Source: Podarcis bocagei (Eukaryota). Taken from it: DNA of 64,000 nucleotides. Location of the stretch: NCBI GenBank assembly GCA_964188305.1, contig OZ076888.1, one strand, 5' to 3'. Both the position numbers and the translations under genes were made by a program. Numbering within the stretch: position 1 is the stretch's first letter; every line of letters starts with the position of its first letter. The notes beneath the pieces are model-generated. The model searched no databases, was not told the origin of the DNA, and saw nothing but the letters and a program-made list of their open reading frames with translations. Below, in pieces: positions 1 through 39,817 of this stretch.

Positions 1-22
1 TGGCTTTAACATTTCTGACCAT

Positions 23-974
23 GGTGTAGCTATTCGACACCTGGCAACAGAAAGAGAGAAAGTAGCCCATGCTCCTGTCCCAACCAGGAAGGGATGGGAC
101 ATGTCTTGGTTGGCTGAGTGGCTTCCAAACCTTGGGTGGCTTAGAGGACTTGTAATGATGTTAATGGACTAATCTTGCTTCTTTTCTGCTCCTGTATACA
201 CTGCTTAATGCAATGCTTGCAAAATATGATGAGTAAAATGATGTCACGAATGATTCGGCCCCAGATTATAGCAGTGACATGAGAATACCAGCCAGTACCT
301 TGGGACGAGCCGAAAGGCTGTCCAAAAGAAAAGGAGGGAATGAAGGAATGGGTTTCCCAAACCCCAAAACTGACTGTGTAGGCAGTTTTTAAACTGCACC
401 AAAATCCCTATTTCTCCTTAGCTAAAATGCATAAACTTTAGCTGTTGAGCAAATGCAAAACAAGAACACAGCTCTCTTCCTTATCAGTTTGACGGCAAGA
501 CTGGCCTTGACTTTACCAGTAGAACAGACACAGACATATCTTATGTCCTGGCCACAAATGACGCAGAGACCCAAGTCTGGGACTAACGCCAGAGCATGTT
601 CTCGGAAGTAGTGACCTCTTGCTTCAAGATAGGAGTAGGAACAGGAATATCCTTTTATGGTCAGAAGTACAGGAAGGAAGATCCTTTTATGGTTGAGAGT
701 ACCAGAGCAGGAACATATGTGATGTCAACCTGTGTACGTACGCCAACGTGGTTGGGCTCCTAGGGGAGGAGTGAGAGGGTGCCTGGAGGATATATAAACT
801 GCATGAAACCTGTCATTTCTTTGGACTTGCTGTGGACTCACCACGCAAGTGCCTTCTGCTATCCGGAGAGCAGAATAAACTCTTTCTTTGAACCAACTCG
901 GTGTCATTTTGACTTCCTTCCTCCTGTCACGGAGCAATGCAGACCCAATCGGTGAACTCCAATAAGGCTACACA
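23..974 (+). mobile_element. Solo LTR (952 bp) of an LTR retrotransposon/ERV
   Basis: 5-bp TSD ACCAT at 18-22 and 975-979; terminal inverted repeat (G)GTGTAGC...GCTACACA (first T apparently mutated to G); U3 direct repeat ATCCTTTTATGGT at 649-661 and 681-693; TATATAA 791-797; AATAAA 874-879. Confidence 0.85.
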
Positions 975-984
975 ACCATACCAA

Positions 985-2765
985 AAAGTTTGTGAATGAA
1001 GTTTATTTGGGGCTGAACAGAATGGAATGTCGTACAATACAGGTAAGACACTTCAAGATGAGTAAAGCACTAATTGCACAGGAGGCTGGAATTTCACCTC
1101 AAGTCAACACAAGCAAAACCATTACTTCAGAAAAAGCAAGGTATGTCATGCAAAATTAAAAACAAAAAACCATTCTAACCAATCTTGTGGTACCATTTAA
1201 AATGCTACCCATATCACAATAATTTACATCACATTAAATAATCATTCACAAAGAATGAAGTATTTTCAGCAATGAAATGAATTATCTCAGTGCTTAAATG
1301 ATAGTTAGCAGATTTTGCATGAACACTCGATCCAGCATTTAATTAAGCTAGCGAGTGGAAAACATGCAGTGATATAGTACCATACAAATCAAGACCCCTT
1401 TATATTTTTGTATTGCTTGCAGGAGCAATCACATAAAAGTGATATTTACTATATTTCCCACATGATTTTATAACTATCCATGCACTGACTTCATGTGCAA
1501 TGCAATTGTTTAGGACTCAAGTCTCAAGTCCCCATATGAATCAGACAGCCCAAGCAGTCTTGGCAATCTCTCTTAAACCCTAATGTGACAATGATCCACA
1601 ATTAAATTACATTATGGGTCACAATGTTGAAGAACTCCCATTGAAATGCTTAATTAATGAAGAGGACAAATGAAACGTGGGATTATTTACATTTACGTAG
1701 GAGACTCTGAAAGAAATGGGTAATCCTAGATGGAACTAAAATAAGGAAAACAGATGTTAGGAGAGGGTGTGAAAAAAGTTGACAGTGCCTTGAGAAGGTG
1801 TGAGTACTTCCTTTTCTGCCTTTTTGCCTCCAGTGACTTTCATGGGGAAACCCAGCTACCGTCTACAATGAGGAAAACAGGAAGTTGGTTAGCTAAACTG
1901 TAGACAGCAGACTTCACTCACGGAGTCCAAATGCAAAAAGAAATTTGATCTCATTGCATCTCTACGCTTAGCTTTGTACTGCTAGAGGTATATAGATAGG
2001 CTCATTACAAAATATATTGCCTTTGTATGAAATGGGTGCCCAAAGATTTAACTGCACCATGTGTATAAAGTTTATTTACCTCCTCCAATAGACACCCTGT
2101 GGAGGATCTGTTGAGGAATTGGAATGTTCTGTTTCTCAGGAATGCATATGACTTAATGACTGCTGGGGCATTTCCTCCACTAAACTCTGCTTACTTAGCT
2201 AAAATCATGTGTATGTTTCTATTTGATTGGCAAATTACATGGGGTTCCCAAATCTCATGGATAGTGAAATGCAGATGAGTAATGCAACATTTGGGTGGGG
2301 GAATATTTGCATATGTTGTGGCTGTGAAACACTTTATATTACAAAACCAATGTAAATAAATACCAGGCTAGTAGAAAAGCTCTTATTTACAGGTTTTACA
2401 AATACAATTTTACTCAGTGTAAATGTAGTGTTTTAAAGAACACAGTATTAGTAAAATGAGTTCCTATATAGCAATACAATTTGTCAAGATTTCACTGTAA
2501 CAGAATATAGAAAACAAAGTTCAAGTTAATGTTTTATAATTTAGTACAGACAAACCCAGTATCACCTGGAATGAGATCTGTTAAAGTGCTGAAAAAAGGA
2601 AGTTTCTGAAATTTTAGAAAACTTACTATATATTTATTAAAGCTTTACTAAGTCAAAATGTTAGATTTTATTCACATTTTCTACCACAATGCTGTGGGGG
2701 TAGGATACATTTTTTCAGCAATTCAGTGTACTCTTCATTTTGATCTCTGCAAAACATCTGGGGTT
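985..2765 (-). other. TNKS2: TNKS2 3' UTR (approximate distal end)
   Basis: AT-rich, repeat-poor sequence between the stop codon (2766) and AATAAA. Contains mRNA-sense GCACTTTA (miR-17/20 family 8mer, 2582-2589), ACACTACA (miR-142-3p 8mer, 2424-2431) and Pumilio TGTAAATA sites (2384-2391, 1684-1691). Confidence 0.65.
1002..1007 (-). terminator. TNKS2: Probable TNKS2 polyadenylation signal (AATAAA)
   Basis: Minus-strand AATAAA followed by CA dinucleotides and a U/GU-rich tract (TTTTTGGTATGGTTGTGT), ~1.76 kb after the stop codon. Confidence 0.6.
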
Positions 2766-30467
<27,702 letters not shown>

Positions 30468-30821
30468 GCCGGGGGCAAGAGCCAACTTCCTCCCGCGTTC
30501 GCCCTCAGAGCCCAACACCCGCCATAGGCGGCCCGAGCTCTCTCCGCGGAGAGCGGCGGGGGGTGGCGGCGGCGGCGGCCGCCGCGGGGAGCAATTCGAC
30601 GCCACAGTCGCCTCCGGCCGAGGCAGCCACTGAGGGGGGAGGCGGAGCAGCCGAGGTGCGCGCGCAACGATGAAGGGGGGAGGCGGGACGGGAAGCGCAT
30701 GCGCGATGTGCGCGAGAGAACTGCCGGCGCGGCGGTTAGAGCGGCGGAGTGACGTCGGGGGGGGGAGCCGCGGTTGCTCCGGCGGTTGAAGCCCCGCCCC
30801 CCAGCCCGGCTTCCTTGGGAG

Positions 30822-30952
30822 CAGCCGTTCTCAACCTGTGGGTCCCCAGATGTTGTTGGACTACAACTCCCATCATCCCTGAGCTTGCTAGCAAGGGGTG
30901 ATGGGAGTTGTAGTTGAACAACATCTGGAGACCCACAGGTTGAGAAAGGCTG
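30822..30952. mobile_element. hAT-type palindromic MITE (131 bp) in the TNKS2 promoter
   Basis: Perfect 8-bp TSD CTTGGGAG (30814-30821, 30953-30960); TIR CAGCC(G/T)TTCTCAACCTGTGGGTC; inverted ACTACAACTCCCATCA pair. Confidence 0.92.
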
Positions 30953-31027
30953 CTTGGGAGTCAGCTTCCCGTGGGTACCGCTGCTTGGGCAGACACGTAT
31001 TAGGAATAACGCAGTGCGCGGCTGAAT

Positions 31028-31405
31028 ACGGGATTGTAGCGTTGGAAGGCGATCCCCGTGGGTCATCTAGTCCAACCCGCCCGCCCCCCGCAATGCAGGA
31101 ATCTCCACTAAAGCATCCTTGATGGGTGGCCATCCAATCTGCTTTAAAAACCCCAGCCTCCTGAGGGAGACGCTGTACTATTGACCAGCTCTTGCTGTCA
31201 GAAAGTTCTTCCTGTTGTTTAGTCCTAATCTCCTTTGTTGTAACTTGAATGCATTGGCTCGAGTCCTGCCCTCCAGAGCAGGGGAAAACAAGCTTCCTCC
31301 TTTCTCCCTGTGACAGACCTTTAGCTATTCCCTTTCCTCTCAGTTTTTTTTCCAGGCTAAACATACCCAACTCCCTCAACCGTTCCTCATAAGGCCTGGC
31401 TTCCT
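31028..31405 (-). mobile_element. CR1 LINE 3' fragment
   Basis: Translates to RELGMFSLEK..LRG, typical of the CR1 ORF2 C-terminus, followed by a CR1-like 3' UTR (GGGTTGGACTAGATGACC). Confidence 0.8.
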
Positions 31406-33263
31406 GTCATGAAGTCAGCACAGTATGGAAGTAAAGCTTCCTAGGCATCGCAGTGGGATTGTTGTTTGGTATTGAGTGCCACTGTTGGGCATGCCCACTA
31501 CAGAAATTGGTGGCTTCTGGCACACCTGACAGCAGCACAGTGTAAAGTTGGGCTTCATCCCAGTGTCAGTGTCCTAGGCAAGTAGGATAACTGCTTGTTG
31601 GGACCCCCCCCCCCTGCCCCATTGCTAATTTCGGTTTTCAAAAACACGTGTCTGGTAGAAAAAACAGCAAGCACAATTGATATGGCTGGATTTTCAATTG
31701 CAAGATTTTGTAATACAACAATATTTGATTATCTTTCTCAATGCAAACGAAAATGTTTCAGCACAATGAAGCATGACTCTTGTGATCTGTAATGTGAAGA
31801 TTTAAGTCTCTTAAAAGTTTCAATTAGAGGCACATCAAAATCTCACTTCGTGTGGGTTTTTCCTTTGCAAATAGCTATAGTGTGAATATAATGAAACAAA
31901 TCTATTACTAAAGGGTTTAGAAAAGCAACGTTTCTTTAGTCCATAAGAAAAATTCCAAAACCTCAGATTGGGTTATACTTGCATTACAACCTCTGAAAAC
32001 ATAACAAAATAGAACGTGGACCTGGTATTAAGAAAAAAAAGGGGGGGTGAGGGAGTTGAACTTGATGTTGAAGCCACAAAGTATAAATTTAGTCATCATC
32101 TTAAAATAGTGCATAAGAGGAGATTTCAGACTTATAGGACAATCCTGAAAATGCTTACTCAGAGGTAAGTCCCATTGAATTTAATGGGGGCTTACTCTTT
32201 ATGCATCCTTTGCTTGGGAGAAAGCTCCATTGGTAGACAAGCATGGGATTTGGATAACAGTGGCTTAAGTTCTGATGCTATGAAGTTTTCAGGTTGAACT
32301 GGAGATTTCTGGCACAAAGAAGCATGCAATAGCTGATCCCGCATCTCTGAAAACAAAAAATCTAGCTGCTACCAAGATCTACTTGCAGCCTTAAGCAAAA
32401 CACACAAGAGTTTTGTGAAGAACAGAAATATATTTTAGCTTTTTAAAATTTACTTTAGGAATTAATTTTCTTTGGATTATAGAGCACAGAAGACTTTGTA
32501 ATCACTTTATGTATGAATATACAAATAGAGCCTGTGTGAAGAGAGCGGACTCCTAAAAACTGGCAGCAAAACCCAAGAGAGCAACTTGTATAGTATTCCT
32601 ATATAATATCCCAGTTCCAGCTAATGCTAACTGGAAAAACACACACTCCAAACTGCTAGTTGTTTCAGCACATCCCTTCAGGTGAATTACCCATTCAGGC
32701 AACTATCCAATTCATTAACATTCTTATTCATATCCATGAGATATGAATAATAGCATAGTGATAGACTCATTTACAGTAATCATGTCTAAACCAAATGATC
32801 ATTTTGACCACATTTCCTTCTACACACAGCTATTTTCATTTCCAAAGTTGATTTGGCAAATAAAATAGTGCCACAATGTATTACATTTTTGCACACATTC
32901 ATTCATTCATTCACAGACACACAAACACTTAATCCATTCAGCCCAGTCTTATGTACAGTTAGGATCAACTGGTCAGTGCCTTAGGGGTGTCTAACTCTCA
33001 TAGACTCATTCTCTGTTTCTTTTTTCTTGGAAAGACACTACTGTGGAGGTCCATACTGCATGCTGCAGTGTGTGGTGCCATCATAATTTTCACCATCCTA
33101 AGGCCCTAGAGTGGTAGAGTGGATCCAAAACTGGTTAGTTTCCTGGAAAGGTGCAAAATTTGGGACCCTCTGATGCACTAGCCTAGAACTGGTCAGCAAA
33201 ATAATATTAATAACCCATTTGACCTCCTTCTGCCCTGGCCAGCGTATGCAGCAGCTCTTAGGA

Positions 33264-34181
33264 CAGGGGTTGTCAACTGGTGCCTAACCAGGCCTTTATT
33301 GGTGCCCCTGGGCAGTGGCCCCAGAATCTTAAGCTTTCATTTATTTAAAAAGTAAGTCTATAGCCCTCCAAGAAAAATAGGAAACAAAATGTGCTAGTGA
33401 TTTGTGTGAGGTAGCCTGACTACTCCTACCTGTTAGTGTTTTTAGCCAATGAGTCAAGTCAGAGCTGTAGTGGATATGTAATGTGTTTGGGCACTAGGCA
33501 ACAGGATCTCTGGGGTCCCAAAGAGATGCTGTTTTCCTTCCCACTTGGTGCGCTTTTGCTTTTCTAGTCCTTAGACTCTTCCTAGTTAGCTCTTCCTTTT
33601 CCCCAAGCATCCAGGATGCATCTTTCCTGTGATGGGTTCATCTGAAAGCAGGTAGTCCATAGATGTTATTTTCTACAAATACTACTACACAATAAGTGTG
33701 GGTGGAGGTTAAAGAATCCCCCCTCCCTACAGAAAGACAAATGCGGAAGGAGGCGTAGGCTTGTCTCATGCTATGTAGGAGCTGAAGACCAGGCAGAATT
33801 AAGAATTCACTTACAGCGCAATAGCATGTATGTCTACTCAGAAGTAAGTCTCTTAGTGTTTAATAGGGCTTGCTACCAGGTCAGAGGGTATAGGATGGCA
33901 GCCTAGGCTTTGGGGCATGGTTGACATTGGGGAAAACAGGGTTCTTGTGCCTTTAGCAGCCATATGACAGGCATAAACCGGTTTCTAGTTTAGAAACACA
34001 GTTATGGGGGGAAAGCTCACCATGATGTTACTCTCTCTATTTTTGGGTTATGCCATGGCCATAATGACAGTGATTTTGTGTGATGCCACACACCACACAG
34101 CAGCCATTTTGTGACCAGCACTCCCAGCACTCTCTCAAAATTCAACTATGCCCACTGGTCAGCAAAAGTTGGAGACCTCTG
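33264..34181. mobile_element. Older non-autonomous hAT element (~918 bp)
   Basis: TSD TCTTAGGA/GCTTAGGA (7/8); termini CAGGGGTTGTCAAC / GTTGGAGACCTCTG. Confidence 0.6.
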
Positions 34182-34399
34182 GCTTAGGACGTAGCTGCAG
34201 ATCCACTTTGATCTGTTCCAGCCTGCTGCTTCTGACCAAGGCTTCCGATTGTTCTTATAGTTTTATGCATGTTGACTCAAAGTATTCAAATGAGTTTACT
34301 TCAATGTAAGCATGCATAGAAATGCTTTTGCTCTTTGCCTCCAAAAGCCTTTTATTTCCACATTGGCAGAGCAATTCCCTCCTCCCCATTCCTCTAATG

Positions 34400-34646
34400 C
34401 AGGCATGTCTAACAGGTAGGTCATGATCTATCGGTAGATCACAGGCTCTCCCCATAGAAGCTCAACAACTTTGGCTCGCCTAAAAAAAGCTCAACATTTT
34501 CTCTCTGCACTCCTAAAAAACGGGCCCTCCTCCACCCTTAAAAAAATCTCAACAACTTTGACCTGAACCCCACAAAAGGGGGTAGATCACTGCCAGTTTT
34601 TAACTCTGTGAGTAGATCGCAGTCACTTGGGAGTTGGCCACCCCTG
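34400..34646. mobile_element. hAT MITE (247 bp)
   Basis: Perfect 8-bp TSD CTCTAATG; CAGG...CCTG termini; TAGATC subterminal repeats. Confidence 0.85.
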
Positions 34647-35060
34647 CTCTAATGGATTCCTACAAGGGAGACAGTCACCCCTGTATACCACCCTAGTCTT
34701 CAATATTTTGAGGGAAACAGAATTATATTGATAGCATATTCATATTTTTGTTTACTGAAGATGCCAGTAAATCCACCCCTGGATCATGCTCAGAGGTCTG
34801 AGACCCCACTTCTCCAACTGAATTGCCCATTCAGGCAATCGTCCACAGCCATTACGGTAACTCTCTTTTATCAAATCCCTGATCACCATCAAGCAGCAGT
34901 TTAGATAAAAGCATATTGATGAATTCATTTACACAGCAATCAGATGCCTAAGCTCACAATACCAAATGATCATTATGACCATTTATTTTTCTACTGGCAC
35001 TGCCATTCCAGTTTTCAGAATTGGGTTGGCAGACAAAACATTGCCACTATAGATTACATT

Positions 35061-35063
<3 letters not shown>

Positions 35064-35105
<42 letters not shown>
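35064..35105. repeat. (CA)n microsatellite
   Basis: About 21 AC units. Confidence 0.95.
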
Positions 35106-35107
<2 letters not shown>

Positions 35108-35875
35108 CCTGTATCCATTCAGCCCAGTTTTTGGCACAGTTAGGTCCTTTTAAACTACTTATTCCCAACTCCATTGAAATTAGTAGGAAAATTCCATTTC
35201 ATCTCTAGCCACAAGCATTCTTTCAATAATTTCTCATGACTGAGCAACTTCATTAAGAAATAACCCTATGGCACCCACCACAGGGTTCAGTAAATATCCC
35301 CTCAAAAATCCACAATGCTGTTTGCACTGGCGTGCCTTCTTGATGGAACGTGCCCCTTTAAAGCTGCCTGTGTTTGGATGCCAGACACTCTCCCTCTGTT
35401 CCGTTCTTAAACAGAGGAGAGGTGCAAAGAGTTTCTCTTTGTGAACACGTGAGGCAGTGACTAATACTCATTGATGGGGTGCCTGTACAATTTTGTGGCC
35501 CTGCCTCTTTTTCTGCTCTTACAGGTGGCACCCATTTGTGCTATGCCACCTTAGCATTGCAACCATTTTTTATTATGCCACACTGACTGTTGCAGGCTGG
35601 GCTGCTGTTTTGAGCCCATGGACTGCCAGGATACACACCACTCTGTGTGGCATGTGGCAGTCCCTCAAAGCATAAGGGACGGAGGGGTAGTGTTTTGTTG
35701 TTTTTGTTTTAATTATTTACTTGTGTTTTTATTTTGTGTTCTTATTCATGCTCAATATGCAGTGTTATGCCACTGATTCTTATATAGCATGAAGCAACAT
35801 GGCAGTTAGTGGCAAATTATCAAGCCTAAAATTCCTTACCATTCTTCAAGGATTTGAAGACTTGAAAATACTTTT

Positions 35876-35890
35876 GCCACCAGGGGGCAG
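35876..35890 (+). promoter_or_regulatory. CTCF core motif
   Basis: GCCACCAGGGGGCAG, close match to the CTCF consensus CCACCAGGGGGCGC. Confidence 0.6.
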
Positions 35891-36129
35891 AAAAGCACAA
35901 AGAAGGATAGCTACAATGCATAGCTTGGAATTAGTGGGGGGTGGAATTAGGGCACACTTTCCTTTGACAGAAACATACATTGTAGATTTTTCTGTGGCTA
36001 TAAATATCACAAAACTAGACCTAGGTTTGGTCATCATGCTTTTTCTACTACTTCAGCTGTCATATCTTCAGCTGCAATCCTAAACACTCCTCCTCCGCCT
36101 TCTTCTTCCCTGACTTTTTCAAGGCAGCT

Positions 36130-36580
36130 GACAGATAAAAACAAGAATTGCTGAAAACAGAAAAAACAAAATTTAAAAATTAATAGAATTAAAAACTATA
36201 TACCTATATAAAATCCATTTAAAGAATGCAAATAATTACAATAAAAACAGCATGGCATGGCACCAGCCCTTTCATTAAAAGCAGTCATTTCCCCGGAGCC
36301 TGCTGGAACAAGAAGGTTTAGCTGCCAGCAGAAGGACAATAAAGAGGGAGCCAATCTAGCTTCTCCAGGGAGGGAGTTCCAGAGTCTGGGAGAAGCCACT
36401 GAGAAGGCCCTCTCCTGCATCCCCACCAAAAGGGACTGTGAGGGTGGCAGGACCAAGTGCCTCCCCTGAATATCTCAAAACCTGGGCAGGGTCATATGAG
36501 GGGAAACGGATCTTCAGATAGCTTGGACCTAAGCCATGTAGGGCTTTATAGGTCATAACTAGACCCTGAATTGTACCAAC
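36130..36580 (-). mobile_element. L2 LINE 3' fragment
   Basis: Remnant peptides LVMTYKALHGLGPSYL and RAFSVASPRLWNSLP, typical of the L2 ORF2 C-terminus. Confidence 0.8.
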
Positions 36581-36584
36581 TGGA

Positions 36585-36743
36585 TAGCACAACTGGACAC
36601 CTTCATTTGCCCCATCTGCAACAAAACATGTCTCTTCCACATCGGTCTCCACAGCCACAGCCGGCGCTGCAACCATCCAACAGCTTGACCTCACCCCCAA
36701 AGGCGCACTCCTCCTTTGTCTCCCGAGACAGACAGATGCCAAC
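36585..36743 (+). mobile_element. RTE-clade LINE 3' fragment
   Basis: Encodes DTFICPICNKTCLFHIGLHSHSRRC*, a C-terminal C2H2-like finger typical of RTE ORFs, followed by a short 3' UTR. Confidence 0.65.
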
Positions 36744-37024
36744 TCAAAGGTCTCTTGAGTGAACGCCCAATGGACCCAATGACTTGGTCAATAAGCCCTA
36801 TCACTTCATCTCTTTAACACTCCCATTGGACTCAGTTTTGAAGACTCTCCTGAAAATATTGCTCAAGGTACATCTTCTAAACTTCCACAGTGTATAGACC
36901 GATGTAAATAATTCAAGGCCTGGGAGATTCTCTCTAAATCTCCTTTAGCATTTCCATCACATATCTGATGCTCCTTAGCCAGTTCTTGCTTCTTATGTAA
37001 TGGGAGAGGAGGCATAGAAAGATT

Positions 37025-37337
37025 CAGGGACGCGGACTTATAAAAAATATTGGGGGGCCCCGGGAAAGCTCATGAATAATAAATAAGCTCCTCGTGAGCG
37101 AATAGGGGAGAGCGTGCTGCGCCTATTAATCAGCTCCGAAGGAAATTGGGTGGAGCTTTTGCTCGGGAGGGAGGGCAGGAGGCATGCAGCCCGACCCTGT
37201 GCATTTTGGGCTGGGGGAGGGGCGGCGATGGCGCTCTGCTGGAGGGGCGCCGGAGATTATTGGGGGGGCGGAGCCCCCCCAAACGAATTTTTGAGGGGGC
37301 TCGGGCCTCCTCAAGCCCCATGGAGTCGGCGCCTATG
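37025..37337. mobile_element. hAT-type non-autonomous element (313 bp)
   Basis: Perfect 8-bp TSD GAAAGATT (37017-37024, 37338-37345); imperfect TIR CAGGGACGCGGACT / CATAGGCGCCGACT. Confidence 0.8.
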
Positions 37338-39690
37338 GAAAGATTACTGGAGGACACAGCAATCTGTTTGCAAACCCATGTGCTCCAACACGAGTAAATA
37401 CAAACTGAAATACAAATTTAAAGCTCGTTGTCAGATCCCAAAGTTCACAGGCATGTTGCCAGATCACAAATATATCTCACTGAGGACAGATTGGCTGAGC
37501 AGGTGCTAAAGAAAACACAAAACACAGCACATGCTGTTCCAGTATTTTTCATTCGTGGACTCTGGTCACATGATGACAAGGTGCTAGCCAATCGTATTCA
37601 CTTACATAAGGCTAGCCTCCAGCCTTCTGGTAGTGAAAGATTCCCCATCCACCTGCCCACACATACATACTTCCCTAACTTACTGAGATGCTCAGTCTAT
37701 TTGATGAAGTGGGAGTTGTGAGAGAACAAGCTTTCATGACAGGAAACTAGAAATGTCAAAGAAAGGAAAGAAAGAAAGATTTAGGATGCTGTAATCACAG
37801 TAGCTATTCCTCAGCTTGAGAAACCCACCCCCTTCTTGGTTCAGCCAGGTCTGGCTGATATTTAACATCCCCCCCCCCCCCCGATTTACTCAATTTGCAG
37901 TAAACTGCACCTCCTTTAATTCCCACTTATTAGAAATATATTGAGGAGAGTTCAAGTATTCAAAGAGAAAGGGGGAATTCTTAAGTTATAAAAAGGTGGT
38001 TTTTTTCTTCCTAAGGAGGGAAGAAAACCCCCAAAGGAAGATACTTAGCCATAAGACCTGTGATGTTTTCATTGCCAGATTTATAATCGGGAGAAAGGAC
38101 AAGGAAGCAGCTGAGTTTTAAAAGCCGTAATAATGTGACTTCAGCAGCCCACACATAAAATGACTAAATGTCAGTTCAGGACAAAGCTTAGACAGGCAGT
38201 TTCTCAGCAATTTAGACATCCTTTTCATGGAACACCTAGTTTCAAGGCATACAAAAGGTGAGCCTGTTCTCAACCTCATCCCTGTGATTGATTTGGCCTA
38301 CACAATGCACCATTCTAATTACTAGCAATAGCAACAATGACCTAATATAATTATGTTTAACACCTCAATAATTAGTGAGATTCTGAGGTATAGAAATAAT
38401 GAATTGGAAGTGGCAGGAGGGTGAGAATAAAGGGTGGCAGTTCAAAAGGCCTGGCAAATCAAATGCTTTGAAGTGGTTTTCAAGCTTTTTGCCTTCCAAG
38501 AACCCTTTCCCCACTGACTTGGCTGCTTTGGAATCCCTGTGCATATGCGCAGTGCCCTTGTCTCCTGAAGAGCATTCTGGGACATGTTCTAGGGTGAACT
38601 TTAAAAGTTTGCACAAGCCAGGACATGAACTTAGAATATATGCAAAACTCACCAAATGTTGCACAACTGTATGGGGGAAGATCAACAGTGCCGAACAAAT
38701 GGTCTTTCATGGAAGCCAGCTCATCTTTGCTGGTTTTCTCATTGAAGAACACCAGGGTCCTCCAGAATGTAGTTTGAAAACCATCGAGTGCTATAGAGAG
38801 AGTGAAGAGATGCCTCTGATCATGCCATCTTTTCATAGTCAAAGCTTTCTTAAACCCTTTTCAGGCATTAAACACCTGGCCGGGAGAGGGGCAGTAAGGA
38901 TGGGAACAAGACATTTCCCTCTCCATTGCTATTTCACAGCAGGGAGACTTTGTTTCTATAGAAGTTTCTGTGGGAGGAAAAATATGAATTCCTGTGACAC
39001 ATGTGTGCACGGTAAATAATAAAAGAATCAGCTGAGTGCTTTGATTCAAAACGTGGGGCTGAATTCTCTCTCCAGCAGGGGAGAGCCACACACTCAAGCA
39101 GTACAGTGAAGCATTGGCATGTAGGCTGTTAAACCTTTTGCATATTCCATTTAGTCCACTTGCAAAGCGCTCCCCTCTTTCTACCCCACTTGCACTGGAC
39201 AGACCACTTACTTTTAAGTGAGCTTAAAATGTGTTACTTACCAAATGTTCCAAATGTTAGATTCATGCATTTACCCAAGCAGCAGAAAGGAGAACACAGG
39301 CAGAATACTCTTGTGTAGAAAACACAGAGAAATAGCTTCAAACACATGCTCTAAGCTTGGAGCAAAGCTTAGACACATCTTCCTTGGTTAGTTACATGGC
39401 GAGAAGGGAGACAGGAGGAATAAGAAAATTTCACTTCCTCCCTCATCAGAGAAGAGACGGCATGGCCTACCTGAGTCCAGGAACACAGTTCTATGATCTT
39501 AATCCCTTCATGCACTCACTAATGTTCATGCATAGTTATGTTTGGGTGCAATTTCCTGTGGCCCCTTGCATAATTAGGGTTCTGTAATGTACAAGAAGAC
39601 TCCAGGAATACAAAAAAGCTACCCCTTGCAGACTCCACACAGCTGAGCTAGTGTTTAAGAGGGCTTTAAACTGCTTTTCAACGTCTATAC

Positions 39691-39817
39691 CAGACATAGG
39701 CAAACTTGGCTATTTGGGACTACAATTCCCATCATCCCTGACCACTGGTCCTGTTAGCTAGGGATCATGGGAGTTGTAGTCCCAAAACATCTGGAGGGCC
39801 GAGTTTGCCTATGCCTG
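39691..39817. mobile_element. hAT palindromic MITE (127 bp) with ACTACAA(T/C)TCCCA motifs
   Basis: TSD GTCTATAC/ATCTATAC; TIR CAG(A/G)CATAGGCAAACT; internal design as in 30822-30952. Confidence 0.85.

Noticed and set aside
38399-39019. 206-aa plus-strand ORF
   Set aside because: No recognisable domain, atypical composition, no supporting promoter or splice structure on that strand.
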